Notes: generated by a model not told the origin, from the sequence alone. 64,000 nt of DNA from Eledone cirrhosa (GCA_964016885.1 OZ024744.1:126542001-126606000), one strand, 5' to 3'; shown: positions 26,269 to 40,251, counted from the stretch's first letter. Made by a program: numbers and translations.

Positions 26269-26466
26269 TCTCTATCATCATCATTATCATCATCTTATAT
26301 CTGTGTTCCATTCTAGCATTAGCTGGATGGGTTGTGTTGTCATGGAACGAGACTAGACATTGCTGGATGACGTTTTCAATGACAACCACTTTACAGAGTG
26401 AACAGGGTGTATTTTATTGTGGCAGCAAGTCTATCACGCTACACCACCACTTTATACCCTTGTGTG

Positions 26467-26502
<36 letters not shown>

Positions 26503-26732
26503 GAAAAAGGATGGAAAGAAAGAAAGTGTGAAAAAGAGAAGAATTACTTTTACCAAAAATATTGTTTATCACCAAATTATAAATAAATAAAATATTCTAT
26601 TTTGGTAGATTCAGTCGTTTGTTAAATTTATTTTGATATGTTGTATATATATATATAATTAAGTAGTGTATATATTATTTCTGTATACACACACACAAAT
26701 ATATACATACAAATATATATATATGTGTATAT

Positions 26733-27006
26733 CATCATCATCATTTTACATCCGCTTTTCCCTGCTTGCTAGGGTGGGACGGGAACTGATTCTGGCTTGA
26801 TTTCTATAGCTGGATGCCCTTCCTAACACCAACCTCATTTACAGTGAGTGCTGGGTGCTTTGTTTGCCGTGGCACCTCCACGACCACTTTACAGTGGAAT
26901 GATAGGGACCCCAGTCCTATCATCTCATTTCTACAGCTGAGTAAACTGGAGCAATGTGAAATAAAGTGTCTTGCTCAAGGAAACAACACATCACCCGGTC
27001 TGAGAA
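26733..27006 (-). mobile_element. 5'-truncated copy of the same SINE, flanked by a ~90-bp direct duplication
   Basis: Near-identical to 22941-23217; flanks ~26647-26740 and ~27006-27100 are duplicated. Confidence 0.8.
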
Positions 27007-30000
27007 TATATATATAATTAAGTAGTGTATATATTATTTCTGTATACACACACACAAATATATACATACAAATATATATGTATGTGTATATCAACATCAT
27101 AATCATCATCATTTAACGTCTGTTATTTCACACTTGATATGTTAGACAAGGTGTCATGTTATGAAACATGTCAGGTCATGTGAACATGTCTTGCTCACAT
27201 GGATCTGTATTTTGGTTTGGTTTCTACAGCTGGATGCCCTTCCTAATGCCAACCACATTACAGTGTGGACTGGGTGAATGGTGAGGTGTAGGGAGAAGAT
27301 TGATGCAGATTAGTGTGTACTCCACATGTTTGTTTCATATCATTTTGTGTACATGGGAGGTGGGGCAGGTCTTCTGCAGTGATGGCTTCCCTACTCCTGT
27401 CACTTTGCTCTCTAACGATGAGAGTAGTTTCATTATACGGCTTTTAGGAGAGTTACCGTAACCAACAACTTGGTTCTAAAGTACTTACCATTAAGAGATT
27501 TGCTATTACATGTCAGCTTTGTTATACAGGATCTCTGTACCACTTCACACCCTTTGTACATACGTTCACGTCAAGCAAAAATAAATCTTTATTATGTTTT
27601 GAAGTATGCCTACTGATCTGATCCACAACCTAGTCTCCCTAACTGCTAGAAATAGCAGTGATATTATCCATTACTACTGCTCTCTCTCTCTCTCTATATA
27701 TATATGTATATATATATCAACTAGAAATTGACCATGCCTTGCTCATACAGGAAATGATTTGGCGTATGTACGTATGTATGTGTATATATGGGTGTTTGCA
27801 CGTATGTATGGTGTGTATATGTGTACATAGGGTGTTAGTATATGTACATTTGGTGAACGTGTGTATTTACCTGTAGGTATGTGAGTGTGAGTTCTATACG
27901 CATTTATGCGTGTATATTTATATATGTATATAAAATTATATGTATATATACACACAAACATATTTATATGTGTATTTGGTGTACATGTTCGTATGTGTCG
28001 CGCAAGTTTACAACCGTGTGTGCGTGTTTATGTGTACGTGCATGTATATGCATGCATGCCGTGTGTTTTCACGTATGCACCTGAATAAATGTGTGTATGC
28101 ATATATTTAATTATTATTACTTTAATGGATGGTCTGAGTTCAAGTCCCGCCGAGGTTAACTTTACCTTTCATCCTTACGTGGTCGATAAAGTACAGTACC
28201 AGTAATGTACTGGGTAATTGCTGGCCTTGTGCCAAAAAGTAGAAACAATTATTAGTTTTATGATTTTAATAACCTCTGTCATTTTCGTTCAACTAATTTA
28301 TTTACATTATTCTGTAAAGTACCAGTAATACACTGGGTAATTGCTGGCCTCATGGCAAAAGTAGAAAAAATTTTCTGAACTCCGAAGCCGAGAATCATTC
28401 AGTTTCCTAAATAATTGTTTCTACTTTTGGCACAAGGCCAGCAATTATCCCAGTGTATTACTGGTACTTTATTTTATCGACCCCATAAGGATAAATGCAA
28501 AGTTAACCTCGGCGGGATTTGAACTCAGATCATAAAGGGCCGTAACTCTTTGCTGCAAAGAATGGCGTCCGACCCTCAACCGAAACTACCAATCCAACGA
28601 CTCCATTTATACCATAAACATGGTTTTGTCTTTATGTGTAATTGTTGTCACCGCTCCACATAATGACGTATTGTCTTCGCTTTGTTCCGTTCATTGGCAG
28701 GAAACGTCTTCACGGACCAAAGTATCGTCTTCCTGTCTTCCTTCGGTTGCAAAGTTTTTCGAAATATTTACTTCTGCGTTCACAGATTATATATATATAT
28801 ATATATATATATATACAAATATCTAAACGGCGGTGTCCCAGCATGGCTGGAACAGGTATAAGAATAAAAGAATATAATATATATGTATATATTCATATAC
28901 TGTATTTATCCTCATCACAATTTAAACTCCATTTTACAAGCTAGCATGGGTCAGACGACTTGTCCTGTTGTGTGAAAACTTAGATCAAATAACCGTCTCT
29001 TGCTCATGCAAGAACCATTTCTGGTTGGTTTCTACGGCTGGATGCCCTTCCTAACTCCAACCACATTTACAGGGTGGACTTGGTATTTATTGGGTTGCTA
29101 ACATGACCAACCTACAGGGTGGAGTGGGTGCTTTTCGTTGTGTCATCATCATGACAACCACCAGCTAAGAGAGCAGACTTGGTGCTCTTTGTCATGTCAC
29201 CAATTTGACTACTTTGAAGGGTGGTTCGAGTCCCTTCAGTCTTGCCACTAGCATGACTACTTTACAGAGTGGGCTAGGGGTCTCCTGTCATGTCTATATT
29301 ACTGGGTGAACTGGGTGCTTAGTTGTCATGTCACCAGCATGACTACCTTGCAGGGAGGGTTAGGTGCTCTTTTGTCATATTACCTAACAGAGAGGACTCT
29401 GTGTTCTTTTGTCATGACACTTGCATGACCACCTTACAGGAGTGTCTGAGGGCTTTTAGCCATTTAAGCAGCATTGGGGGAGAGCATGTTAAGCTTTCCA
29501 TACTTGTATACATGGGTTGGTCAAGAAAGGTGTTTCAGATGTGAAAGTGGGGGTGGGGCTGTGTGTATGTAGGGTGGGAATTGGAGAGGTAGGTCAGGGT
29601 GGAGTACTTAGCTGGTAAGGGGGTGGAGTGTTAAGATGTGGGGAGGAGGAAAATTAGAGCATACTTCAAACCACTAAATGTTGTGTCAACCCGTGGACAT
29701 GGGAATGCAGGTCTCCTGCAGTATTGTATAACGCCAGAGATTTCAATCCTGTGTAATCACCTTTGAGAGGTACAATGGCGTCAGGTCAGTTTTTACCTCC
29801 TCATCCCAAGCTTTCCTAGGTCTTCTTCTTCCATCAATTTTCAAGCAGTCAACCTTTTATACAGCATCTCTACCTTCATACACATCACATGCCCATACCA
29901 CAGTAATCTCCTCTCCTGCATACTGTATCTTATCCCTCTCATGCCGAGGTTCTCTCTCAGTTTATTTGTTCTTCATGTATAATATTACACATCCATCGGA

Positions 30001-31909
30001 GATTCAAGCTTCATTTCTATCCAATCTTGAGGTCATCACTGCAATGCAGCATTGCTGTTCATATACACACATCAAATTGATGAAACAACCTTGTGTAGCT
30101 AGTAGCAGTAATAACACCATAAACCTCTGCCATCTTGTTCTTACTCTTGTTACTGTACTTTCAGAACACCTACCTCCACTGCTAATTTGGTCACCCAGGT
30201 AACAAACTGTCAACCAGCTACTTTTATGGAACCCTTTAAATATTTGATAGAGCTTGTCTCCTAAAAGCGATTGCTTTTTACTGTTCCAGTGCAATGACCC
30301 CCACATAAAACATACTTTCTTACCAACCTTACTTTATCTCCTACTAAATCTCTGGTGTACCCATAGTCTATTTAGAGTAAATAATGTTTCATACACATAA
30401 CATGTATGTGTGACTATTGGTTTCCTATTCCACTTATGGCCACCACTGTTTAATGGGGAAGGGGGGGGCATTTCCAAACAGACCCTTCATTAGGCATGCT
30501 GACAAATATTAAAAGGAAGTTCTTTCCTCCAACAATTTTCACCTAAAACAGAGGAGAGTTTCATATTGTCAAAAAGGGAGGTAAATCTTTAGCAGTGTAA
30601 TTGTCAGGCTTAAATAAATATGTAATTAGACACACATAGAAGTGGTTGATAGATTTTGCAATCTAGGTCACTTAATTAGCAGTGGATGAGGCTGCTCTGA
30701 AAGATGAATAGCTAGAATAAGGAAAGGATGGAAAAAGTTTAGAGAGCTACTGCAACAGTTGACCACAAAAGGTTTCTCTCTCTGTACAAAAGGACAACTG
30801 TATGACACATGTGGGTGATGTGCAATGATGCATGGTAACTAAACAAGGGCTGTAACTGCAGAGGATATGTAGACTGGAGAGAAATAGAACAACCATGCTT
30901 TGTAGGATATGTTATGTAAGTGTAAGAGAAAGGCAGAGCTTGGACGAGTTCAAGAAAAAGCTGGGTTTAAGAGTGATCTGAAGTGGTGTGTAAGAGAGAA
31001 GACTGTGTTTGTACAGACATGGGATGCACATGGATAATGACCGCTGGGTGAAGAAGTGCCAGGAAATCCCAGTAGAAGGAAACCATAGTAGAGGTAGACC
31101 AAGAAAGACCTGGACAGAGGCTGTGTGAACTGACTTCAAATAACTGACTCTCACAGAGGAGATGACAAAGGAACATGTCAAGTGGAAAGATGCCATGTTG
31201 AGAAGGACCTGTCCAACCAAGCAAGCATGGAAAAACCGACATAAAAACAGTGATCATGTTGATGAAGATGACGTACATACATACATACATACATAAATCA
31301 AACACATATGCACATACGTATATACAAACACAGATACGAACATATACATGGAAACAAATTTCTACACACATACATTCACATATATATAACGTGTGTAAAT
31401 TCTGAACAATACAGTTTTGTTGGCAAAACTCTTGGTTACAACTTCTACAAATAAAATGAAAGGAGAAGAATTTCTTAGTAAAACAGTTTTATTCAAAATA
31501 TTAACATTGGTGGCACTATTTTGGGTGAGTGACATGGTTTTCATCTTGTCTAATTATGTTGCATTAAATCATCTTTAGAAGAGAACGATTTATCACAGAC
31601 ATCACAGTGATATGGTTCCTCTCCTGTAGATGTTAGTGTCTAATGAAGTCACAGAATTTAGAGAAGCATTTACTGCGGACATCATAGTGATATGGTTCCT
31701 CTCCTGTAGATGTTAGTGTCTAGTGAAGTCACAACATTTAGAGAAAGATTTACCAAATATATCAAAGTGATATGGCTTCCCAGCTGTATGTATATGTTTG
31801 TGTGTAACATTCAAAGAGAATGGTTTCTCTCAGATGTCACAATTATATGTATTTGTATTCTCATTAATTCACAAATTTGAGAGAATGATTTATGACTGAT
31901 GTCAATGCG

Positions 31910-33514
31910 TTATGATTTCTCCTCTGTATGTATACGTTTGTGTCTAGTTAAGGCATTACTTACAGAGAATGATTTACCACAGATATCACAGTGATATGGC
32001 TTGTCTCCTGTATGGGTACGTTTGTGGCTAGTTAAGGTACCATTTCGAGAGAATGATTTACCACAGATATCACAGTGATATGGCTTGTCTCCTGTATGTG
32101 TACGTTTATGTGTAGTTAAGTTACTACTTAGAGAGAATGATTTACCACAGATATCACAGTGATATGGCTTGTCTCCTGTATGTGTACGTTTATGTGTAGT
32201 TAAGTTACTACTTAGAGAGAATGATTTACCACAGATATCACAGTGATATGGCTTGTCTCCTGTATGGGTACGTTTGTGGCTAGTTATGGTACCACTTAGA
32301 GAGAATGATTTACCACAGATATCACAGTGATATGGCTTGTCTCCTGTATGTGTACGTTTATGCGTAGTTAAGTTACTACCTAGAGAGAATGATTTACCAC
32401 AGAAATCACAGTGATATGGCTTGTCTCCTGTATGGGTACGTTTGTGGCTAGTTAAGGTACCACTTAGAGAGAATGATTTACCACAGATACCACAGTGATA
32501 TGGCTTGTCTCCTGTATGTGTACGTTTATGTCTAGTTAAGTTACAACTTAGTGAGAATGATTTACCAAAGATATCACAGTAATATGGCTTGTCTCCTGTA
32601 TGTGTACGTTTATGTGTAGTTAGGCTACTACTTTGAGAGAATGATTTACCACAGATATCACAGTGATATGGTTTGTCTCCTGTATGTATACGTTTATGTG
32701 CAGTTAAGTTACTACTTTGAGAGAATGATATACCACAGATATCACAGTGATATGGCTTGTCTCCTGTATGTATACGTTTATGATTAAATAAGGATCTACT
32801 TTCAGAGAATGATTTACCACAGATATCACAGTGATATGGCTTGTCTCCTGTATGGGTCCGTTTGTGGCTAGTTACAGCCCTACTTCCAGAGAATGATTTA
32901 CCACAGATATCACAGTTATATGGCTTGTCTCCTGTATGTATAAGTTTATGCTTAAATAAGGATCTACTTTCAGAGAATGATTTACCAAAGATATCACAGT
33001 GATATGGCTTGTCTCCTGTATGTGTACGTTTATGTGCAGTTAAGTTACTACTTAGAGAGAATGATTTACCACAGATATCACAGTGATATGGCTTGTCTCC
33101 TGTATGGGTACGTATATGTGTAGTTAGGTTACTACTTTGAGAGAATGATTTACCACAGATATCACAGTGATATGGCTTGTCTCCTGTATGGGTACGTTTG
33201 TGGCTAGTTAAGGTACCATTTAGAGAGAATGATTTACCACAGTTATCACAGTGATATGGCTTGGCTCCTGTATGTGTACGTTTATGTGCAGTTAAGTTAC
33301 TACTTAGAGAGAATGATTTACCACAGATATCACAGTGATATAGCTTCTCTCCTGTATGGGTACATTTGTGGTTAGTTAAGTGACTACTTCGAGAGAATGA
33401 TTTACCACAGATATCACAGTGATATGGCTTGTCTCCCGTATGTGTACGTTTATGTGTAGTTAGGCTACTACTTTGAGAGAATGATTTACCACAGATATCA
33501 CAGTGATATGGCAT
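31910..33514 (-). CDS. Tandem C2H2 zinc-finger protein, copy 2 (19 repeats, two with C->F at the second Cys)
   Basis: 534-aa ORF with the same repeat and the same linker-derived ATG as copy 1. Confidence 0.9.
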   Translation of the reverse strand: MPYHCDICGKSFSQSSSLTTHKRTHTGDKPYHCDICGKSFSRSSHLTNHKCTHTGEKLYHCDICGKSFSLSSNLTAHKRTHTGAKPYHCDNCGKSFSLNGTLTSHKRTHTGDKPYHCDICGKSFSQSSNLTTHIRTHTGDKPYHCDICGKSFSLSSNLTAHKRTHTGDKPYHCDIFGKSFSESRSLFKHKLIHTGDKPYNCDICGKSFSGSRAVTSHKRTHTGDKPYHCDICGKSFSESRSLFNHKRIHTGDKPYHCDICGISFSQSSNLTAHKRIHTGDKPYHCDICGKSFSQSSSLTTHKRTHTGDKPYYCDIFGKSFSLSCNLTRHKRTHTGDKPYHCGICGKSFSLSGTLTSHKRTHTGDKPYHCDFCGKSFSLGSNLTTHKRTHTGDKPYHCDICGKSFSLSGTITSHKRTHTGDKPYHCDICGKSFSLSSNLTTHKRTHTGDKPYHCDICGKSFSLSSNLTTHKRTHTGDKPYHCDICGKSFSRNGTLTSHKRTHTGDKPYHCDICGKSFSVSNALTRHKRIHTEEKS

Positions 33515-35449
33515 GCCTCCTGTATGGGTAGGTTTGTGATCAGTTAAGCGACTGCTGAGAGAGAATGATTTACCACAGATATCACAGTGATATGGCTTAT
33601 GTCCTGTATGGGTACGTATGTGAGAAGTGAAGTCACTACTTCGAGAGAATTATTTACCAAGGATATCACAATATGGCTTATCTCCTGTATGTATAACTTT
33701 GTGAGTAGTTAAGGTACTAAGTTTATTAAATGATTTACCAGATATCACAGTGATATGGCTTCTCTTCTCTAACCTTCGTCATCTCACTAGGAATACTAAA
33801 CACTTTAGATTGTGTTACACATTTAATCTTGTTTGTCAAATATTTTCCATAATTATTCCTTCTTCAACAGAATATACAGATGTTTTCCTTGTAATTTTTT
33901 TATATTATAATTCTTATAAAATATTTCTTCTTCTATATTTCCCTCAACTATATTTCAGATAACATCTGAAGATAATACAAACTTCTTTTTCATCCACGTT
34001 TAGTTAAAATACAAAATCATCTTATAGTGAAGAAAATAAACTCAGTTTTGAGGAAATATTTCACAGTAATACGATGAGAGATTTATATAAACAGTGTTAT
34101 ATAAGTTCTGCTTAGAATGTTTTAGTCTTAAAATGATGATAAATAGAGGTGATGTATCCAAGATTGAAAATAATAATTTATCCCAATGTCATCTGATATT
34201 CTGAAATAAGAAAGAAACAGTATGAGATAATACAGAATACTTTAGAAGCAGAGATAGATTTAACAGTGGGAATTTTATATTTCTATATTGGTAAATTGTA
34301 GACTACCTTGAGTAGAAGATTATGGAAGTTAAAGGACCCCATAGCCAGTGACAAAATTAAAAGCCTATTACTTGATGCCTTTGACAATAAGGAAGATCAA
34401 TTAGAGAATGCAATATAGAGGAAGAGTGGCAATCCTTGAAAGTGAACCTGCTGAAAGCAACAGTCAGTAGGAACCTCTAACAAAATACACCCCCGTCCCA
34501 CTACCCCCACCCCATCCACACCACCCCCTTAAATGTGAAGTTATGTTGGAACCACAACATCCAGTCCGAAACAAATGAGGTCGTGTAGGTGTCACGACAA
34601 AAAAAAAAACACACAGTCCACGCTGTAATGTGGCCATGTAGGTAACACGGTAAAAACCTCCCAGTCCACACTGTAAATGTGGTTGGTGTTAGGAAGGGCA
34701 TCCAGCCGTAGAAAACCCATCAGACAGTCCTATGTGAGCAAGACAACCATTCTTGCCTCAAGTGGGAAAACTCCCGTCCAAACCCATGCTAGCGTGGAAG
34801 ATGGACGTTAAACGATGATGATGATGATGTATATATATATACACTGTGCACAGTATATATAATACCCTATATATGTTGTCCAAGAGAAAGGCTATGGCCG
34901 ATACAGCTTGGCACTTGTGACATCACAACATATATATACACTGTGTACAATATATATTATACACTATATATGTTGTCCAAGGGAAAGGCAATGGCTGACA
35001 CAGCTTGACACCAGTGACATCACAACATATATATAACTTATATCCCAGACTTCCATAGATTATTTCTATTCTACAGCTATCTCTCTTCCCCAGTTTCAAA
35101 ATGTTCTGTTTACATTATTATTATTATCATTCACTTGTTCCACAACGTATATACTTAGACCTTGTTTTTGATATAAACATGGTTGGACATTGTCTCTTTC
35201 TCTACAAACTCATCCTTAACCCCTCCCTTTTCTCTCACTCATTCATTTCGGTGTTTTCAAAGCTAGGTGACCATCTTCGAAGTTCTTGCATACTTGCCTT
35301 GTCTAATATGTCTACTTACATCTGCTTATTTCCCCCGAATCTCCTGTGATGATATATGTCATGATGGCTACCGATCTCACAATTTCCCACTCACCACCAT
35401 AGGCTATTTGACCAATCAAACCTCAGCAACATGTCCTTACCCATTACCA

Positions 35450-35826
35450 ACCCCAACAAACTCTGCCATTACTACTATTGTCCTTCTAGCCCTTACCAGC
35501 CCCAGCAAACTCTGCCATTACTACTACTGTCCTTCTAGCCTTACCAGCCCTATCACACTCTGCCATTACTACTACTGTCCTTCTAGCCCTTACCAGCCCC
35601 AACAAACACTGCCATTACTACTACTGTCCTTCTAGCCCTTACCAGCCCCAACAAACTCTGCCATTACTACTACTGTCCTTCTAGCCCTTACCAGCCCCAA
35701 CAAACTCTGCCATTACTACTACTGTCCTTCTAGCCCCAACAAACTCTGCCATTGCTACTACTGTCCTTCTAGCCCTTACCAGCCCAAACAAACTCTGCCA
35801 TTACTACTACTGTCCTTCTAGCCCTG
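35450..35826. repeat. Same 49-bp minisatellite, ~8 units (unit 2)
   Basis: Reverse complement of the 6901-8762 monomer. Confidence 0.92.
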
Positions 35827-35829
35827 CAC

Positions 35830-37731
35830 CAAAGAATTCTTGTTTACTGTTATGTATGGAGGAGTAAAAGATAAATGGAACAACCCCGAATAAATAAATC
35901 AATATAAATCCGCGAGTTACCAAGCACCCATGCAAAGCTTTAATTGAGAGACAGGAATCATACACACTCCCCCCGCAAAAATTCACCCTCTCCCACAAAT
36001 GATGGCAAATGTCTAAAACTCTGAGTTGGCAGCATCAACATAAGCACAATGGAAGGAAGGGAAGGAGAAATTATAGACATGCTAGAGTGAAAGGATAATG
36101 ATGTATGCTGTGTGCAAGAGACTAGGTGGAGAGGAGAGTCCGCTAGAGTCCTTGTAGGCAAAAGTTAGTGCTATAAATTTTTCTGGGTGGGAAATGACAA
36201 TGGGATGGGTGGTGTAGGTATACTATTAGCTGAGAAATGGGTAGATAAAGTAATAACCACATATTGTTAACCAGGTAATACTAGAGGGTGTCATACCAAA
36301 GGATTGGTGCAGCAGCAACATCGTCAACTGCTACAAGAGTAAAGTAGATGCACTAGATAGAATAAACTATAGAGGTATAAAGCTGATGGACCAGGTTATG
36401 AAAGTAATGGAAAGAGTCATAGCACAGTTGATCAGGGACTGGGTAAAACTAGGTGAGATGTAGTTTGGGCTTGTGCCAGGAAAAAGCACCACTGATGCCC
36501 TCTTCCTTGTGAGGCAGTTACAGGAGAAGTACCTAGCTAAAAGCAAGCTGCTCTCCCTGGCTTTTGTTGATATGGAAAAAGCCTGGTGGGCAGAAAACTA
36601 GGAGTAGATTAGTGGCTTGTGAAAGCTGTACAAGCCATGTATAGGGGACATGTCAGTAAAGTTAGAGTTAACAATTACTATAGCGAGGAATCTAGCATAC
36701 AGGTCGGTGTCCACCAGGGCTCTGTTCTTTGCTTTCTCCTGTTTATAATAGTATTGCAGGCTATAACAGAGGAGTTTAAGACCTGATGCCCATAGGAACT
36801 CCTATACGTGGATGATCTTACACTTATAGCTGAATCTATGGCAGAACTAAAGAAACAAGCACCACCAAACTCTGGCAGAGATCTGTAGAAACAATAGACA
36901 GCTTTTGCTACCTAGGTGACCGAATAAGCAGGAGGTGAGTGTTCTGAAAGTACAGTAACCAGGGTAACAACGGGATTGAAGAAGTTCAGGGAGCTACTGC
37001 CACTGCTAGCTGCAAAAGGCTTTTCCATCAAAATGAAAGGCAGTCTGTATGATGCGTGCATACGAACACCAATGTTACATGGTAGTGAGACCTGGGCACT
37101 GTCTGTAGAAGACTTGCGTAGATTAGAAAGAAACGAAGCTTGCATGCTCCGATGGATGTGTAATAGTAATATACGCGAACGGCAAAGCATAAATGAATTA
37201 AGAGAGAGACTGAGCATAAGAGGAATCAAATGCTGTGTGCAGGAAAGGAGGTTGTGTTGGTATGGACATGTGATGTGTATGAAGGATGAAAGCTACATAA
37301 ACAGATACAGAGCACTAGAAGTCAATGGAAGCCATGGAGTGGGGGGACCCAAGAAGACCTGGGATGAGGTGATGAAAGCTGACCTTACCCAATTGCACCT
37401 CCCAAATGCAATGACACCGGACCGTGACCTCTGGCTTCACACGGTAACATAGAAGATCCGACTTCCCATGGGTACAAGCCGAAGCTGAAGCACATAGACA
37501 ACATGCCCCCACCCCCACCCACTGTAAAGTGGCCATGGAGCTGTCACAACAAAAAAGCACCCAGCACTCACTGTGAGGTTGGTGTTAGGAAGGGCATCCA
37601 GCTGTAGAAATCAAGACAAAATCGGTTCCCATCTGAGCAAGACAAGGTCCCCCTACCTGGCACTGCTCACAACATGACAACCTGTCTAACCCATACTACC
37701 GTGGAAGAAGGGACGTAAAACAGTGATGATG
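35830..37731 (+). mobile_element. Paralogous degenerate RTE LINE in unit 2
   Basis: APE N-terminus (VGSINISTM..CVQETRW), RT fragments, ORF 36976-37452, (GAT)n tail. Confidence 0.85.
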
Positions 37732-38785
37732 ATATACATATATATACACTGTGTACAGTATATATACACTATATATATTATACAGTATATATCCACTATA
37801 TATATTATACAGTATATATCCACTATATATATTATACAGTATATATATACACTATATATATGTCCAAGAGAAAGACAATGGCCTGTACAGCTTGGCACGA
37901 GTGACATCACAACATATATATATACTCTATATATACACTATGTATATATTATACATACACTGTGTACAGTATATATACACTATATATATTATACAGTATA
38001 TATACACTATATGTCCAAGAGAAAGGTTATGGCCAATACAGCTTGGTACCAGTGACATCACAACTCATTTCTACATTTCAAGGAAACAACACATCACCCG
38101 GCCTGAGAAACGAACTCACAACCTTTTAATTGTAAGCCCAATGCTCTAACCACTAAGCCATGATACGTTCCAGAACCAACCGTGATATAGAGAGACCATA
38201 AAGACAACCGTTGTTTCCATAGTTTAAGCCTTAAAATACCTCATACATGCTTTAAGTACATATAAACTCATTAAAACACACTTTTGTATTTAAACACCAA
38301 AAACAGCCAGTAACGATCGTATAGAAACTACCACCAACCGTCATACCACTAGTTACCAATGAGGACTATTGCCAGCCACGGTAGCCACTTGGTAATACAC
38401 TGCACACCTCCCGTCAATCTATGAAGGGTTTGTAGTAGATTAGAGCAAAACACAATCAGTAAAACAATAATGGAATGAAAAATATAAACATTTTTTCATA
38501 GTTAAAGCCTTAAGATGTCCCTTCCTTACGATATACACTTTAATAACATTGAAACTTATGTAATAAGTGTAAAATGTAAACACTTTTTATTCAGAGGTAC
38601 CGCGATAAGAAACTAGATATGTTCTAACGAATAATCCGCGATGTGGCGAGGATTACCGCAATAGGAAATTATATACGTTCCAAAGAAATATCCGCGATGT
38701 AACGGGACCGCGATATAGCGGGGCATTACTGTATATATACACACACAACATACATCTATCTATATACACTCATAACATATATTTC

Positions 38786-39406
38786 GGCACTGTCATGGTA
38801 TTAGCTGTCAGAAGTGAAAGTAGAAGAAGGTGACGTCATTCGTCAACCTTCTCAATCCTTTATTTCCGTATCACTATTCCCTTTATTTATGTTTAGGATT
38901 TTCTAAGAGATACGTTTACGATGAGATACACTTATTAAAAAATAATATGGGGACCAAATAACCCCGTAATTTTCGAGAGAAACGATAATATACAATCTTA
39001 TTTAACATGTGGATTAAAAACTACACTAGCTGTTACAATTGTAATTAACGTGTAAGAACTTAAATGAAAATATAGGTGGCCCTTAAAAGGGCCGGTGTTG
39101 AACTTTAATTTGTTTTCTAATTTGATAACCATGACTTGTTTCAACACCGGCCCTTTTAAGAGCCACCTATATTTTCATTTAAGTTCTTACACGTTAATTA
39201 CAATTGTAACAGCTAGTGTAGTTTTTAATGCACATGTTAAATAAGATTGTATATTATCGTTTCTCTCGAAAATTACGGGGTTATTTGGTCCTCATAAATA
39301 AAATAATAAACGTAAATAAACGGAATAGTGATATGGAAATAAAGGATTGAGAAGGTTGACGACTGACGTCACCTTCTTTCTGACAGCTAATACCACGACA
39401 GTGCCC
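38786..39406. mobile_element. Palindromic (foldback/MULE-like) element with ~270-320 bp inverted arms and a 37-nt spacer
   Basis: GGCACTGTCATGGTATTAGCTGTCAGAA ... TTCTGACAGCTAATACCACGACAGTGCC; flanks tatatttcg/tttatttcg (~9-bp TSD); empty site at ~53910-53925. Confidence 0.85.
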
Positions 39407-40214
39407 TTTATTTCGATATCTTACATTAAAATGTTGACTGAGGGTGTGACAACTGTTTCTTGTTTGAGGTTGTTCCAGTTGTTGAAATATAGACGGAGGT
39501 ATATTAAATAATAAAGACAGTCATGATAACAATATATTTTATATCACATGTAACAGTGGAATCTGATGATTGAAAAATATCACATCAACATTTCAGTTTG
39601 GAAGTGTTTTTTCTATATATAAAAGTGGAGGAAGAAATATATTTTTCTAATGTTGTTATATATATTTTCACTTGTATATAATTACTGGGTCGTTGTAGGG
39701 TTCACATAATTATATTATTTACACACATTAATATAGACATTAAGTAAATCTTTGTCAACTTACCTCCTTCACATATAATCAATGTGTTGTGTTGTTAGTT
39801 GTTACTAAACAACCAAAGAAATAATCTCTTTGTTATCAAATTAGAAGTTTCAATGTTATCAGCTTTATTTCACGACATTAACGTTGGTGTATCTTCTTCA
39901 TCTTTAGTCATAAATTGATATCTTGTCAGAATGAAGTAGTGAGGCTGACTTTATGTCTTTAGCTACAGATTTGATAGGAAATATATATATATATTAGGTT
40001 GATATGTGGTCTAAAATATATATATTGTCTATAAATGACTGATAGCAGATGTTCTGGTGAAATAGTAGTTTTACTACTACAGATTGTAATGGAACTCTTA
40101 GTAGACACAATTGTAAAGTAAGAATAGATATGACAGTGTAAGACTGATGTCGGGGAATAAAAATTGTGTATATATATATATATTATATTAATTAATATAT
40201 ATATATTGTGTGTG

Positions 40215-40251
<37 letters not shown>

